Source of the DNA: Ylistrum balloti
Lineage: Eukaryota
NCBI RefSeq assembly: GCF_031769215.1
Contig: NW_026782027.1
Location: 434,001-498,000 of the forward strand
Reading direction: 5' to 3'
DNA: 64,000 nucleotides
Positions within the stretch are counted from its first letter, which is position 1, and every line of letters begins with the position of its first letter. Of the stretch, positions 25,431 to 38,761 are shown one piece after another. Below the pieces are notes generated by a model that worked only from the letters and a program-made list of their open reading frames with translations, ran no database searches and was not told where the DNA came from. The translations under genes and the position numbers were made by a program.

Positions 25431-28379
25431 TTACTTAAGGTAATCATTGCTTCAGAGTTAAAGCCCTTAGTAGCATTGACTAGTCCATAGGTAATTAATA
25501 ACTGTATGATTCAGTTTAATTCATTGTTTGGCTCTTCTCTATCTCGAAATCTAAATGAAAATGTGCTATTCACTTGTCTTTTGTACAATCTTCAACATTT
25601 TTACAATAATTTAATTCTGTATCATACTTGGATGTTGTGGAACTAACTGTTATCTTCAATCGTAAACGTAAATAAGTTCATTTATCAGCTAAATAAACTA
25701 TTTTTCAACAAAAATTCGCTGTAGTGACATTGAAAAAAAGTTTACACTTGTGTATGGTTCGTAAACAATGGTATTCAGCTTCTAATCTGTAAAATATATC
25801 GTTAATATGAAAATGAAATACATACATATATATATATGTATGTTTATATAGCTGACATTAAAGGCCGTCCCCAATTTTATAACATTTACTTCATGTTTAC
25901 CCTATTTTCTATGATTACTCACGATTAAACAAGACTGCCTTCCACATCCTTTGTCAGCGTTTATATACACAACCATCGGTGCCAAGAAATACACAAAGTA
26001 CTGGCACCTCTTGGCATTTGCTAATTCCTACAAAGTGACTCTTGAGACGTTCCCCGTTTACAAAAGCTAAAATGCCTTTTAATGCAGTTTGACCGCCTCC
26101 GTCATCAGTCAAAATGTCAGCTTCATTGCCAATTAGGCCCCCTCCCAATCACGGTCAATCTACTCTTGGTTGATCGTCAGACTTATCAGCGCTACACAAC
26201 CCATCCTGTTATCACATGGCGAGGGAACCCCAGCCATGGTCGTAAATATACTAAATTAATGAACCGTTTCAATATGTATTTGATAGAGCAGTTATTAAAA
26301 TATTTTGCAACCTTCGTCTGTTATCAGGTTTGGTCTGTTATGTATCTGTTAAGTATGGCATGTGTGTGTGTGCAAATATACATAAATCAAATTAAAAACG
26401 AATTAACGACATGATAATCATGTAAATACTTCAGACTAGATTTCAAATTTTAAGCACATACATAAAAATGTTTCAACAAAAAGAAAGAAAGTAATCATCC
26501 AACATTTGCTTAAATCCCTCTCTTATTCATATTGTGTTGTTGAATAATATAGGTGGAAACAGATAATTGATTCTTGCTTAATTTCATTGCAAGACATTTC
26601 CGATTTTTATTTGCAACCCTGTGTTGTTTCTTTTAATGTGATACCGATGTTCCGAGCAGTGAAGAAATAAATCGACGCGTAATTCAAATCAATGACTCTG
26701 CCCTCGGATAGCCCTGCACACTAGCAATAAAACATGGAAACTTGGTGGTGCAGCACATTCCACAATTAACACGATTTTCACTCGTGAAGTGAAAACATTT
26801 TACAGAAGAAATAAATCTTGTCATCGTAGAAACATCCCGCTGACGTAATCACTACAATAAAGTGAAATGCGATAGCTGTTATTAGTAAGAAATCACTCCC
26901 ATCTCTATCACCTCCGTCATGTGTCGTTCTCTGTCAAAATTCCATAACATTAGTAAACGCTTTACGAGTGCTATCAAGTGAAGATAAATAAATCAACGAG
27001 ATAAAAATGTTTTGCAATAGATATACTTTAAACTGTTTCTCAGGTAAACAGTAAATTACTGTCCTTATGATATGGCCCGGATATATAAAAAAAGAATATT
27101 TTAGAAAACGTGAGTGTGAATACATCCTTCCTTATGAACATGATTTCAGGTAGTGTGAAATTCATTTATTATGAGATATGTTTTTTGCTTGTAAGACACG
27201 TTTCAGGTAATTCTTTTCGTCAAAAGACATAATTTTTGTAGATTACGTGTTAATCGTTAACTCCAATACACAATGTAGGTATTTTGCTAGCTTTGGTGAA
27301 TTAATAACTGCCTGGTTTATTTGGGTCGGTAAAGTTGTGGAAGTTATTTCGAAAAAGAACAAAACATTCCCAACAGGTCATATATGTTACCATAGATAAA
27401 GTGAAAAGGCATAAGAATGATATAAATCATGTAATTCTCTTAAATTGTGTGTTATTTTCCTGTAACTGTACAAGTTAATATCATAAATGTCTTCATTTTA
27501 TCGCCGTTTGATATAAATTAAACACTATGAAAAGAAAAGGACCTTCACCTACTACAATCATGAGAAGAAGAAAGATTCCACCTGCAGTGCATCATAATGA
27601 AAACTGCTCCATTATTCATTAGATAAGCAAACAGAACGCGTCATTCGAATTATACAACATCTAACGTCTCATCTACTGTACACGTATGCGTTCGATGTTT
27701 TTTTTTTATCGTATACATGCATTGCATTGTTTGTCAGCAAATATATATGCTTTACATTAAATGTCTTTTTTAGAGTAAACACGTTCATTTCAGCTTTGAC
27801 TACTGAATGGAAATGGATTACAACGTCTATTATCACTTGCACGTGCGTTTAATGCTCGCAAATGATATATCTCGTAGTGATATATGTATGTTTACTTGGT
27901 GTAGTTTTTGTTTCTTGACAACCTACGAGACACGTGGATACTATATACAATGGTAATTTGACTAATCAGTTATGCTTTATATTAATCAAATACAGAAACA
28001 CGCTCTGCATGTGTCTAGTGATGTTAATCCAAATTAAAGTTAATACAAGGTTTACGGTGACCATGGTGCTATTTGCAAATAAAAATGAGTTAAACGTTGA
28101 TTTAGTCAGAATGTATCAGCAAAATGCATCACAAGTTAGATAAAGAAATTTTTGTATTCATCGATTAGAAAATAACATCATTCATATTTAATTACGTCAG
28201 GATTTCTGTTAAAAGTTACAACAAAATGTTCACTATATCTTAGATTTTTCAAACGCGATTTTTTTATGATATTACATTCAATGGATTCAAAAAATAAGAA
28301 AGAAATAAAGAAAAATAAAAGCTTAAAAGCCCACACAATTTGATAACAACTTTGAGTTTAAATAATATAAGAACTATAC

Positions 28380-29150
28380 GTGTATGAAAGTTTTGAAATT
28401 CAAGTAATGAGTGTTCTAGCAATGTAACAGAGTGACTGTGCTTTGGACAATCGAACTTCTCTTCCGTTTCTCGACACGGGAGCTAACTCCGTTTAAGAGC
28501 GAAAGGTTTATCAAAAGCAGTAATCTAGAGATGCATTTTCTTAAAGAATACCTAAAGCTGGTGAGATACTCTAGCGAATCCGAAGGAGGACACAAATTAA
28601 TCAATATTGTGTCAATCTAAAACTTGTGAAATACGTTCCTCCTGATCGATAGAACTACAGATCGTTTATCTGATATTTTACGAGAGATAAAGAGTGTTGC
28701 CTTTTAATGATATCTAAATGAATAATTGATTCATTCGTAATGAGAAAAATAATGCTTGAGGCTAACTCATTGAATTTTGTTGAGATCGTAACAAGGTTCT
28801 GCGATAATATTGTGTGCTTGGGGGCAAATGTCGTTCACCTTCTTAAAGAAACACTTGTTTAATTCCATCTAATAGTAAAACGTTGAAACAAATTGTCTAG
28901 ACTTTGAATAGTCATGGAAATTCGTTCTTGTTTTCCGAAATGAAAAAAATATGTTCGCATTGATGCCCAATTTGCCAGATTCGACACGATGTGCCAGTTT
29001 AATGTAAAAGTTGTGTTAATATTTACCACTGAGGAAAGCAGCTCTTCTAAACCGTCAAACATGATTTTTGATTTGAGCTATCACTTATTACGCTAAACGA
29101 CTGTAAAACTTTAATTCAGCCTCGTGATGAACAATGCTTGTTTTCATCAA
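28380..29150 (+). mobile_element. Highly decayed Penelope-like (RT thumb/linker) relic
   Basis: Frame fragments DNRTSLPFLDTG...RKVYQK resemble the PLE motif LPFLD...KVYRK, and KVVLIFTT resembles RVVFTT. Many stops. Confidence 0.4.
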
Positions 29151-30744
29151 ATTCAGTTTCAGAGGAGCCAGGAGGATGAAGATACATTGCAACCTTCCGT
29201 GTTTTGATATCTATATCAACGTCTCGAATGTTTGTTCAGATACCCTGTACTAGCCTACAAAACATTGTCTGACGATCGACAAAGACGATAAAACCAACGA
29301 TTCAAAACAAAAATGTTTCATAAACCTGATCCTAATATTGGCAGTGAAATCGTATCTTTGCATAAGCTTCTTTTCTGTTTGATGTAATTGTGTTTCTATC
29401 ACGTTTATCTAAACGACCATGTGGTTGGCATATGTAAAGGGATAAGGAATGTCACTTAATGATACATACTCCCTACACCTTGTACGGTCCCAGAAGGAAT
29501 CATTCCGTAACACACTTTCTTAAACCTGAATATCGCATAAAATACACAGCATATTGTATATAGATTTTTCAGCGATTTTTATAACATTCAATGATGTCTT
29601 TCCTTTTGTTTTGTGGTTCCCGTCAAAAAATGATGAAATTTCAAGATCAGTTCGATTATATTTATATTATCTTATAAAGAAGGCCATGCCGCTAAATACA
29701 TCGTGTTAGCATGTGTTTTAGATATGCGTGTTCAGAACACTTCTTCAGAGACATAAATTAAATTCGGAAAGTTGAGAGAGTGCAGAGTGTATATCTAAGC
29801 ATGGCATTTGAATGCGCAAGTCATTTGCGTCATATTTTGTCATTTTGCATAGATATGGTATGTTAGTCCCGCATCTTATTCTAAATATGTTCTTATTGTT
29901 AAAAAAGTGCCTCTTGAATCTTGCTGCATCTGATTATATGTAGAGTGACAAACGGGGGACAACATGTCACTACCAATTTTTCAATTCGAATTCTGAGAAG
30001 TTGCTTACGTTTATTAGAAAATGATTGACACTTATAACAAAATATTGGACAGTAACGCATTACATCGCCGCGCACAATGTTGTAAATGAACTTGTATGAA
30101 ATGTACGGTAAAGTTATGACCGTATAGTATTAATGCGCATGTCAATTTACTGCAGAAAAGGAGTAATTCCTTATTCCTTATAATCAGGAAGTACGCACTT
30201 ACCTGCAATATGGCAAAGATTTGAGTCATACTGAGAAAATATGTTCAATAATGTTTTACGTATTACGGTCTAAAATATTGTGGAGTTCTTTCTCCAGACC
30301 GGAGATAGCGTGATCAGACTATTTGTAAATTAAAACCTCACGATATGTTCTCTTCAACCTGAGAAAGTGATAACGCATTCTTCACTCGCACCTGTGCTAA
30401 AATCCGTGTTCGAATATAACCCTTTGTATATGCTTTTAAATAAACCGCTAACGGCATATTCATTATTGAACACGTTATATTCCTGCTGACGCACTCGCGG
30501 ATACATATTACGGCTTCATCAACAAACCAGAAAAATCATGCGCAATTTCCGGTTTTTCATTTCCAAAATAGCGTGATCCGCAGACCAGTCGACCACTACG
30601 CAATAACTACATAAACGCGAGGAAAACGGTGACCAGCGAGGATATTGAAGGGGTTGAAGACTCTATAATATGTTTTTTACAGTCGAGAGGACGTCAAATC
30701 TACCGTAAAGATGCAACTGTCAGAATTTCTGCTGAAATGGATTA

Positions 30745-32048
30745 GGCACGTGACCAGCCAAGTACACACGTGATCAGTTTAAATCCACATTCTGTGGGAG
30801 GTCTCAGGTTCCATTTTTGTATTATCTCTATTAACATGCATTTAAAAACAACTTTATGTCCATAAATTAAAGTCAATTTTTATTGACGATAAAATAATCG
30901 TCCAAATGAGGTAAGGTGACCTCATGATTTGTTCAGTATTATAAGAGATGACGCTGCGATTTTCAACTTAAGTTATAGTGTCCATTTCATTTCATGATAT
31001 TGACATTACTCCTGGTGAATTCTTTTATGTTCTACGTAATTTCTCGGTGGTCAGGAATTGAATTTCACAATGCATTTATCCGAAAGATGGTGCTCTCCTC
31101 AGCTTAATTACAAATCTGAATTATTCATTGGCGTGCAAGATTGTGTCCACGGAGTTACTGGTCAATAATTCAGCAACCATGCAAGCGTGTTACCATCTTA
31201 TCATGCAGTTCCACCTGATAGGGCGGTCTAGGATATCCATATTCTTCATCTATATATATATAATTTACATTAACATAGTTCTGAAGTCATTGTACTGTTA
31301 TGTTTATGTGTATAATTTATTATACCATATTTGTTTTCATAACATAATAATAATGAAATTATGCAAATACACGTATAGCATAGTAAATAAACATATGAGT
31401 TGTACTTATCGTAGCAGTGAACTAAATTATTCGATTCTTTGCGAAATCATTGGTTATTGATTTCGTTTTTTTTTTTTTTTTTATTAAAATTGCAAACAAA
31501 AATATTTTTAAATATGCATTAATTAAAACTTGACAACCTTGATGAGAACAAATGAAAGTTTACTTTTCTTCTTGTAAGTATGATATAAGACATGACAAAG
31601 AAATTTCCCGCGGAATAGCTGTTAGCGGGCCACACAATGTTATCAATTGAGGACGGTATGTGGGGCCGATCGCATACACACAAGCTCACGGCGGCCATAT
31701 TTGTTATCACTGTAAACCGCAGACCGCCGTGCATTCACACCTTCTAATGTCTGATTTAGTACTCTGTAAATATTACCACACACTTATATTTAACTATAGT
31801 TCGTTTGTGAAATATATCTTACCTGTCAGGTGTTCTTCAGGCTAGAGAACTGGACAATTTAGACTCCAAAATCTGCATATCCTTTTCATTTTCGCGTCGA
31901 AATGGGTCGATACACAGGCAGCCAAGTCACATGACTTGGCGGTAATTTAGCCCACAAGTTCGATACAGATACACAGGCGACTGAGACTAAACGAAGGCAA
32001 TTTTTGCATGCGGCGTTTTAAGTTCTCTGCATTAACTATGCAAAAATT
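30745..32048. promoter_or_regulatory. Candidate promoter/enhancer region, probably of the BMI1-like gene
   Basis: Locally higher GC/CpG. Paired E-boxes GGCACGTGAC (30745-30754) and CACGTG (30767-30772), a YY1/Pho-like AAATATGGCCGCC on the minus strand (31690-31702), a palindrome gccaagtca-ca-tgacttggc (31921-31940), and an 11-bp inverted repeat at 31999-32009/32038-32048. Confidence 0.35.
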
Positions 32049-34140
32049 AGGCCTCGAGTGTGCAATGCCAGTTTGTTTTCACAAAGTCAATCATTGGTGC
32101 CCTCGAACATGACTGATCCATCGTCTTGTCTAGCTACTAGTCACATAAGTAATTACAGCAAACAGCTAGGCAAAGAAGGATGCGTGTGGAGAAGGGCTAT
32201 CAACAGTCATCCCTCGGCTTAATTAAACGAAATTTGTTGGAGGGATGAAAATACGGGTCTCGGAGGTATTGGGCTTGAAATGTGCGTTAATGCCATATTA
32301 TGTCACCAAGACGGCTCAATAAAGGGATGATTTAACTTTGAAGATAATACATGACCATGGTATTATTTCTATATTAAAATTTAGATCGGGGATTCAGTTC
32401 TCAAATGTTTATATCGTAATATTTTACTTTTGTAACACATACGAAACCTCACTAATACATTTTTTAAAATTGAGTAAATTATTAATTTATTTATTTTATC
32501 GTTTATAGCGATAGAACAATATTGTAGAATTGTTTGTTTGAATTACACATTAGTTTTCAGTTTTACTTTCATTTGATTATGTTGGATTTTTTTTTTTTTT
32601 TTTTTCAATTTTGTTTTGTTTTTGTTTTTTTTTTTTTTTTACTTTTCGCTTGTGCAATTATCAAATGTATTTAAGGGAAATGGCAAATATCGTCACCTAT
32701 GTTTAAAACTTATGTACATTACTTAAAACAGCACGTTGAAATCATATCTATAACTTCTTAATTTTAAGCATGTGAAAGTGTACCATATTCGAAATAGCGA
32801 TACTGCTATCGCATCGATTTGAGTTCGAATTAGAATTATGTTGAGATGTCAATATTTTCTGTTGATTTCATTGACATTATGTATTTTGTACGACTTTTCA
32901 TTAAAACTTCTTCCGAATGTAGAACGTTGATTTTGACATCAATGAAAAAGTTTTTTTTTTGTACTTTTCATTCTTCGTATGAATTGTGTTTTTGTTGTGA
33001 ATATGTAAGAATAGCAATTAAATTAATGATATTGCTATTTTGAGACATTGTGTTTAGGTTTTTTTTTTTTTTTTTTTTCAAAGGTGGCTTAAATTATACA
33101 TATTGATGCGTTTCATCTAAAAAAATTGGACACACCAGAACACCAGGACTAACTCCTGATTCATCAATTAAATATAGTTATGAAAAAAGTATAAATTTAG
33201 GGGGAAAAACTTTATCATTTAACGCCATGATAATGAAAGCCGTATTACAAAAGAATTCTTTTCGAAGAAAAATATGTTTCATTTTTTCTAGATCTGTAGT
33301 CATTATTTAGATGTTACATTAAAGATGTGCATATGTACATAAATTTCCATAATAACTATCTCATTCGTCTTGGTCATTTCCATTTGATGACTTTCTCGTT
33401 ATTGACGCAGCTCTGTTGAGGTAAGCATTTTAATGTAAAATAACTGGGATTGAGGATGAAGCTGTAAAAGATATAAATATACCGATTGTACGCACCTGTA
33501 TATTATAGCAGGTCATGTTTAATACCAGGTTTGTGGATTTCAGCAGCAGCATGATTTCCTTTTTAAATTTATTGAAATAATGAATGAATACGGATAAGTT
33601 AAAGAATATTTCTTCTCATTCAAAATCAACAAACCGAGTGCTTCAACAAATAAAATATGAATAATAATATGGAAATTGAGTGCATTACAACGGACGCTAA
33701 ACACACCTATCTTTATATCGCCAAAGAACATTTCTCGATCAACTTATTTTTTGCTTGTGTCTTCATAGTGGTACATATCTAATTTAAGATAAACATTACA
33801 ATACATTCCTCATTTACCTATTAATGTTTATGTCACGTAAATCTTCCGCATTCTTGATATACATCTCGAATTGCGTTATTTCTATAATCGTAAGATGGAA
33901 CAATTTTAAAGCTTTTAATTGCTAAAACATTTGGGAAAACGAATTTGAAGAAAGTTGACTGCGTTAACAAAGAAGTTTATCATGGAACACTGAAATCAAT
34001 ATCTCGAAACATAGATTGTTTCTAAAAACATAACCGTGAAATTTTACAAAACATAAAAGCCATGTGGCAGAAACAATTCATTGCTCGGCAAGACAAGTTA
34101 ACGAAGGAAAGCAAAGACACAAAAGTGACAAACATAATCT

Positions 34141-34285
34141 CTAAAGAAAACCATTACAGAACAAGCATACTTTATATACATATGGTTATGTTCCCTTAGA
34201 AAACCATTACAGAACAAGCATAATATATATCTATATATATATGGTTATGTTCCTTTAGATAACCAAGTGGAGAACAAGTTATATA
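34141..34285. repeat. Short tandem duplication (about 55-60 bp, 2+ copies)
   Basis: aaaaccattacagaacaagcata...tatggttatgttcc(c/t)ttaga is repeated. Confidence 0.7.
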
Positions 34286-34939
34286 ATTGAAATAAATGTC
34301 AAGAAGATCCCCGAATAATTAGAAGGCGATCAAGTTAAAGAGTTTCGTAAGGGTAAGCGTCTTCTGCTTCATCTATTCACCCGATATGTCAATCTGGGTA
34401 ACGCTGAGTAAGAAATATAAAGTTCAAAATAGAGAACCAGCATTATAACAACGAAACTGACATATATACTGCATAATAGCCAATATTTCTAATGCAAATA
34501 GCAAATAAACGATGTTTTCAATAGATAAATCATAGTTCTAAACATCAAAGAACTGCTTCCAAAGAATGCAAAATAGGGGAAATGATAGTTTAAACAAAAA
34601 CAAAAATGGGATGACAGTAAAAAATATGTATGGAGCACAAACGAAATGAATAAAACATTCCAGTAAATTGCTTCATTTCTGCTCCGATGAATAACATTTT
34701 ATGATGTAATACAGTATGATTGTTCTTAATTCATTTGATGTTCCCACTCTGTACACACCATACATCATTTCAAACTAAAACAAGCCTACGTTCTCTTGAT
34801 ATGAAAACCGTCTTTTCAAAGAATCCGTGAACGGCGGTACAAATATGTGGTTGTGAACTATACTGAAGCATATTTCATGAAAAAAAAAACCTGTCCAAAT
34901 CAAAGAAGAAATATACGGAGAATGAAATCATAAAGTTGA

Positions 34940-35640
34940 TCGAGTTTGTCGAGTTTGATTTATACTGTTTCAACAGGCTATTGGCATGGTAATGAGGACT
35001 TTTTCTTGGATGTTCTCGTTTATTGAATTTATTGAAGACCTTATCAAATCAAGCCACAAGGACGATGCAAAGTAATTTAATTTCACTTTTAGATATATGA
35101 ATGACGCTTTGTCCTTAAATAAAAAGAAATTTATTGACCAAGTCCATACTCCATATTACAAGAATTGGAAATCAAGGAAGTGACATACTCTTCTACATCA
35201 CTCTCTTATTTTGATCTTTTACTACTACAGAACCAACATTGACAGCTTTCAACCAAGCAGTATGATAAACGTGATATTTTTTAAATTCCCTATTGTAATT
35301 TTCCATTTCTGGATAACGACATTCTTGCGTCCCCATCCTATTGTGTTTCTGGATAACGACATTCTATTGTGTTTCATCGATATCCAAAGGCTAGAAGTCG
35401 ACAATTGACGGACATACTCATGGCACAAAGTTTCAAAAGATGAAGGTTGATGAAAATTATGGGAAAGTTTTACTATCATTTTAGTAATCTGATTGAGAAA
35501 TACCTCGTCTTATTTTCCATGCACGTTAGCAGGAGCTTCCGTATTAATCTTTCTTTTGTTGATATGTTGCCCTAGTTTTATTGAACATGAATTTGGATTG
35601 TGATTATGTTAGCATATTGGTATATTCATATTTTCTCTAA
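34940..35640 (+). mobile_element. Decayed Penelope-like retroelement reverse transcriptase fragment
   Basis: Frame pieces FVEF..LFQQAIGM, FNFTFRYMNDALSLN (degenerate RYIDD), ELEIKEVTYSSTSLSYFDL and YDKRDIFKFPIV match the common bivalve PLE RT consensus as recalled. Stops and frameshifts are present. Confidence 0.75.
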
Positions 35641-35724
35641 TAATTGTATGTGATATCCTCAAAGTATATTTTTCGATACTGGACATTTTCGAATGTATAA
35701 ATACATCCTGTTGAACTGCCTTTT

Positions 35725-36355
35725 TTATAGGTGTTCTGTTATTATCATGTACCGTCTGTACTTTGTAGGTGTTCTGTTATTATCAGGTACCTCCTGTACT
35801 TTATAGGTGATCACTTATTATCAGGTACCTCCTGTACTTTGTAGGTGTTCTGTTATTATCATGTACCGTCTGTACTTTATAAGTGTTCTGTTATTATTAT
35901 GTACCGTCTGTACTTTGTAGGTGTTCTGTTATTATCAGGTACCTCCTGTACTTTATAGGTGTTCACTTATTATCAGGTACCTCCTGTACTTTGTAGGTGT
36001 TCTGTTATTATCATGTACCGTCTGTACTTTATAAGTGTTCTGTTATTATCATGTACCGTCTGTACTTTGTAGGTGTTCTGTTATTATCAGGTGCCTCCTG
36101 TACTTTATAGGTGTTCTGTTATTATCAGGTACCTCCTGTACTTTGTAGGTGTTCTGTTATTATCAGGTACCTCCTGTACTTTGTAGGTGTTCTGTTATCA
36201 TCATGTACCGTCTGTACTTTGTAGGTGTTCTGTTATCATCATGTACCGTCTGTACTTTGTAGGTGTGCTGTTATTATCATGTACCGTCTGTACTTTGAAG
36301 GCGTTCTGTTATTATCAAGTACTGCCTGTACATTGTATGTGTTGTGTTATTGACA
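35725..36355. repeat. 38-bp minisatellite, about 16 copies
   Basis: Unit gtgttctgttattatca(t/g)gtacc(g/t)(t/c)ctgtacttt(g/a)tag. Confidence 0.95.
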
Positions 36356-36479
36356 CCCGGTTTTAATGAGATTGTGAGGGACAATATATCTTATATTGTA
36401 TACATTATTGATGACAGAATTCCATAAAAGTACTATAAATGCTTAAAGTGTAATAAGCACGAAGAGGACAGACAAAAAT

Positions 36480-37925
36480 ATTACCACGAGGTATATAGGG
36501 CCAAGCAAATAGGCTATTACCACGAGGTATATATAGGGCCGAGGAAATAGGCTCTTACAACGAGGTATAAAGGGCCAAGGAAATAGGTTGTTACCACAAG
36601 GTATATATGTCGAAGGAAATAGGCTGTTACCATGAGGTATATAGGACCAAGGACATAGGCTGTTACCACGAGGTATATAGGGCCAAGGACATAGGCTGTT
36701 ACCACGAGGTATATAGGGTCAAGAAAATAGGTTGTTACCACGAGGTATATAGGGTCAAGAACATAGGCTGTTACCACGAGGTATATAGGACCATGGACAT
36801 AGGCTGTTACCACGAGGTATATAGGGACAAGGACATAGGCTGTTACCACGAGGTATATAGGCTGTTACCACGAGGTATATAGGACCATGGACATAGGGTG
36901 TTACCACGAGGTATATAGGACCATGGACATAGGTTGTTACCACGAGGTATATAGGGCCAAGGACATAGGCTGTTACCACGAGGTATATAGGGCCATGGAC
37001 ATAGGTTGTTACCACGAGGTATATAGGACCATGGACAAAGGTTGTTACCACGAGGTATATAGGACCATGGACATAGGTTGTTACCACGAGGTATATAGGG
37101 CTATGGAAATAGGTTGTTACCACAAGGTATATAGGGCCAAGGATATAGGCTGTTACCACGAGGTATATAGGACCATGGACATAGGGTGTTACCACGAGGT
37201 ATATAGGACCATGGACATAGGTTGTTACCACGAGGTATATAGGGCCAAGGACATAGGCTGTTACCACGAGGTATATAGGGCCAAGGACATAGGCTGTTAC
37301 CACGAGGTATATAGGACCATGGACATAGGTTGTTACCACGCGGTATGTAGGGCTATGGGAAAAGGTTATTACCACGAGGTATATAGGACCATGGACATAG
37401 GCTGTTACCACGAGGTATATAGGGCCATGGACATAGGTTGTTACCACGAGGTATATAGGACCATGGACATAGGCTGTTACCACGAGGTATATAGGACCAA
37501 GGACATAGGGTGTTACCACGAGGTATATAGGGCCATGGACATAGGTTGTTACCACGAGGTATATAGGACCATGGACATAGTTTGTTACCACGAGGTATAT
37601 AGGGCTATGGAAATAGGTTGTTACCACGAGGTATATAGGGCCAAGGACATAGGTTGTTACCACGACTTTCTTGGGCCAGGACATAGGCTGTTACCACGAG
37701 GTATATAGGACCATGGACATAGGTCGTTACCACGAGGTATATAGGGCTATGGAAATAGGTTGTTACCACGAGGTATATAGGGCCAAGGACATAGGTTGTT
37801 ACCACGACTTTCTTGGGCCAGGACATAGGCTGTTACCACGAGGTATATAGGACCATGGACATAGGTCGTTACCACGAGGTATATAGGGCTATGGAAATAG
37901 GTTGTTACCACGACTTACTTGGGCC
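36480..37925. repeat. 36-bp minisatellite, about 40 copies
   Basis: Unit ggacataggctgttaccacgaggtatataggaccat. It explains the DIGCYHEVYRTM and VVTAYVLGPIYL repeat ORFs. Truncated 22-nt and 35-nt units break the frame. Confidence 0.95.
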
Positions 37926-38729
37926 AGGATTAATGTTTACACTGATTGTGTATTGGTTATGTCTGGTTCCTCCTTATCTAATTACATAGTTTTACACTGA
38001 TAAGAACGACACATAAGATAAAATAAGGTAAACCTTCGTTGATGTTAAACTCTTAGTGTCAATTACGATTTTGTTTTTTATCAGGTTTCACAATAATTTA
38101 GATAGATCGCTATTTCTTTTCACTATAAGTCAAGTTTTCGTGTGTACATAACGGCGGTGAGCTATTTGTTTCATGTAATACAACACATATCGAATTGCCA
38201 CTTCGAGAAGTCTACATTTTCGGATAAACAACCATTTCGTGATAAAACAAATGAAGAGAAACCGTATGGAAGTAAAGACATCAGGATCTTTACTGAACTG
38301 AACAATGTCAGCTAAAGTCCTGTTATACCAGTGTGTGTATATTTTTGATAGCACAAAAATATCATTATGTAAATATGTTTTTTGCAAGAAATAATTTCTG
38401 AATGTATCTACATATTATAGATAAATACTATCATTAGCAATAATATGACAGATGCCCATTAAATTAGTAATTAGGTATATGATAAAAACACCGCTTTAAA
38501 ACAGATCGCGTTTTAAATAATACCCGAACGATTAACATAAAGCAGTGTTACATTTTTAATGATATAATAAATGTCTTGTTTATACAACGGTATTCACTGC
38601 TTGCTGTTTAAGTGAATATTTAAATAAGTTTTAGAACTAAGGTCCTTACAACTTCAGCCATAATAACTGCACAGAGGCCAGGTAATATTGCAACATTACC
38701 ATAAGATCAATAAAGAAAAATTATAAATA

Positions 38730-38761
<32 letters not shown>

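Noticed and set aside
25954-26414. GC-richer ORFs 25954-26148 (-) and 26082-26414 (+)
   Set aside because: No recognisable domain or splice context. More plausibly non-coding regulatory sequence (CCAAT-like motifs), which I cannot support further.
28432-28620. THAP-domain reading of LFRFSTRE...
   Set aside because: No C2CH ligands. Another frame fits a Penelope-like LPFLD...VYxK motif better.
36517-37826. Repeat ORFs on both strands (up to 309 aa)
   Set aside because: They are products of the 36-bp array, with frame-breaking units and no gene context. Kept only as a low-interest finding.
12605-37925. Possible CRISPR arrays among the 31-38-bp repeats
   Set aside because: The units are head-to-tail with no unique spacers, there are no cas genes, and the context is eukaryotic.
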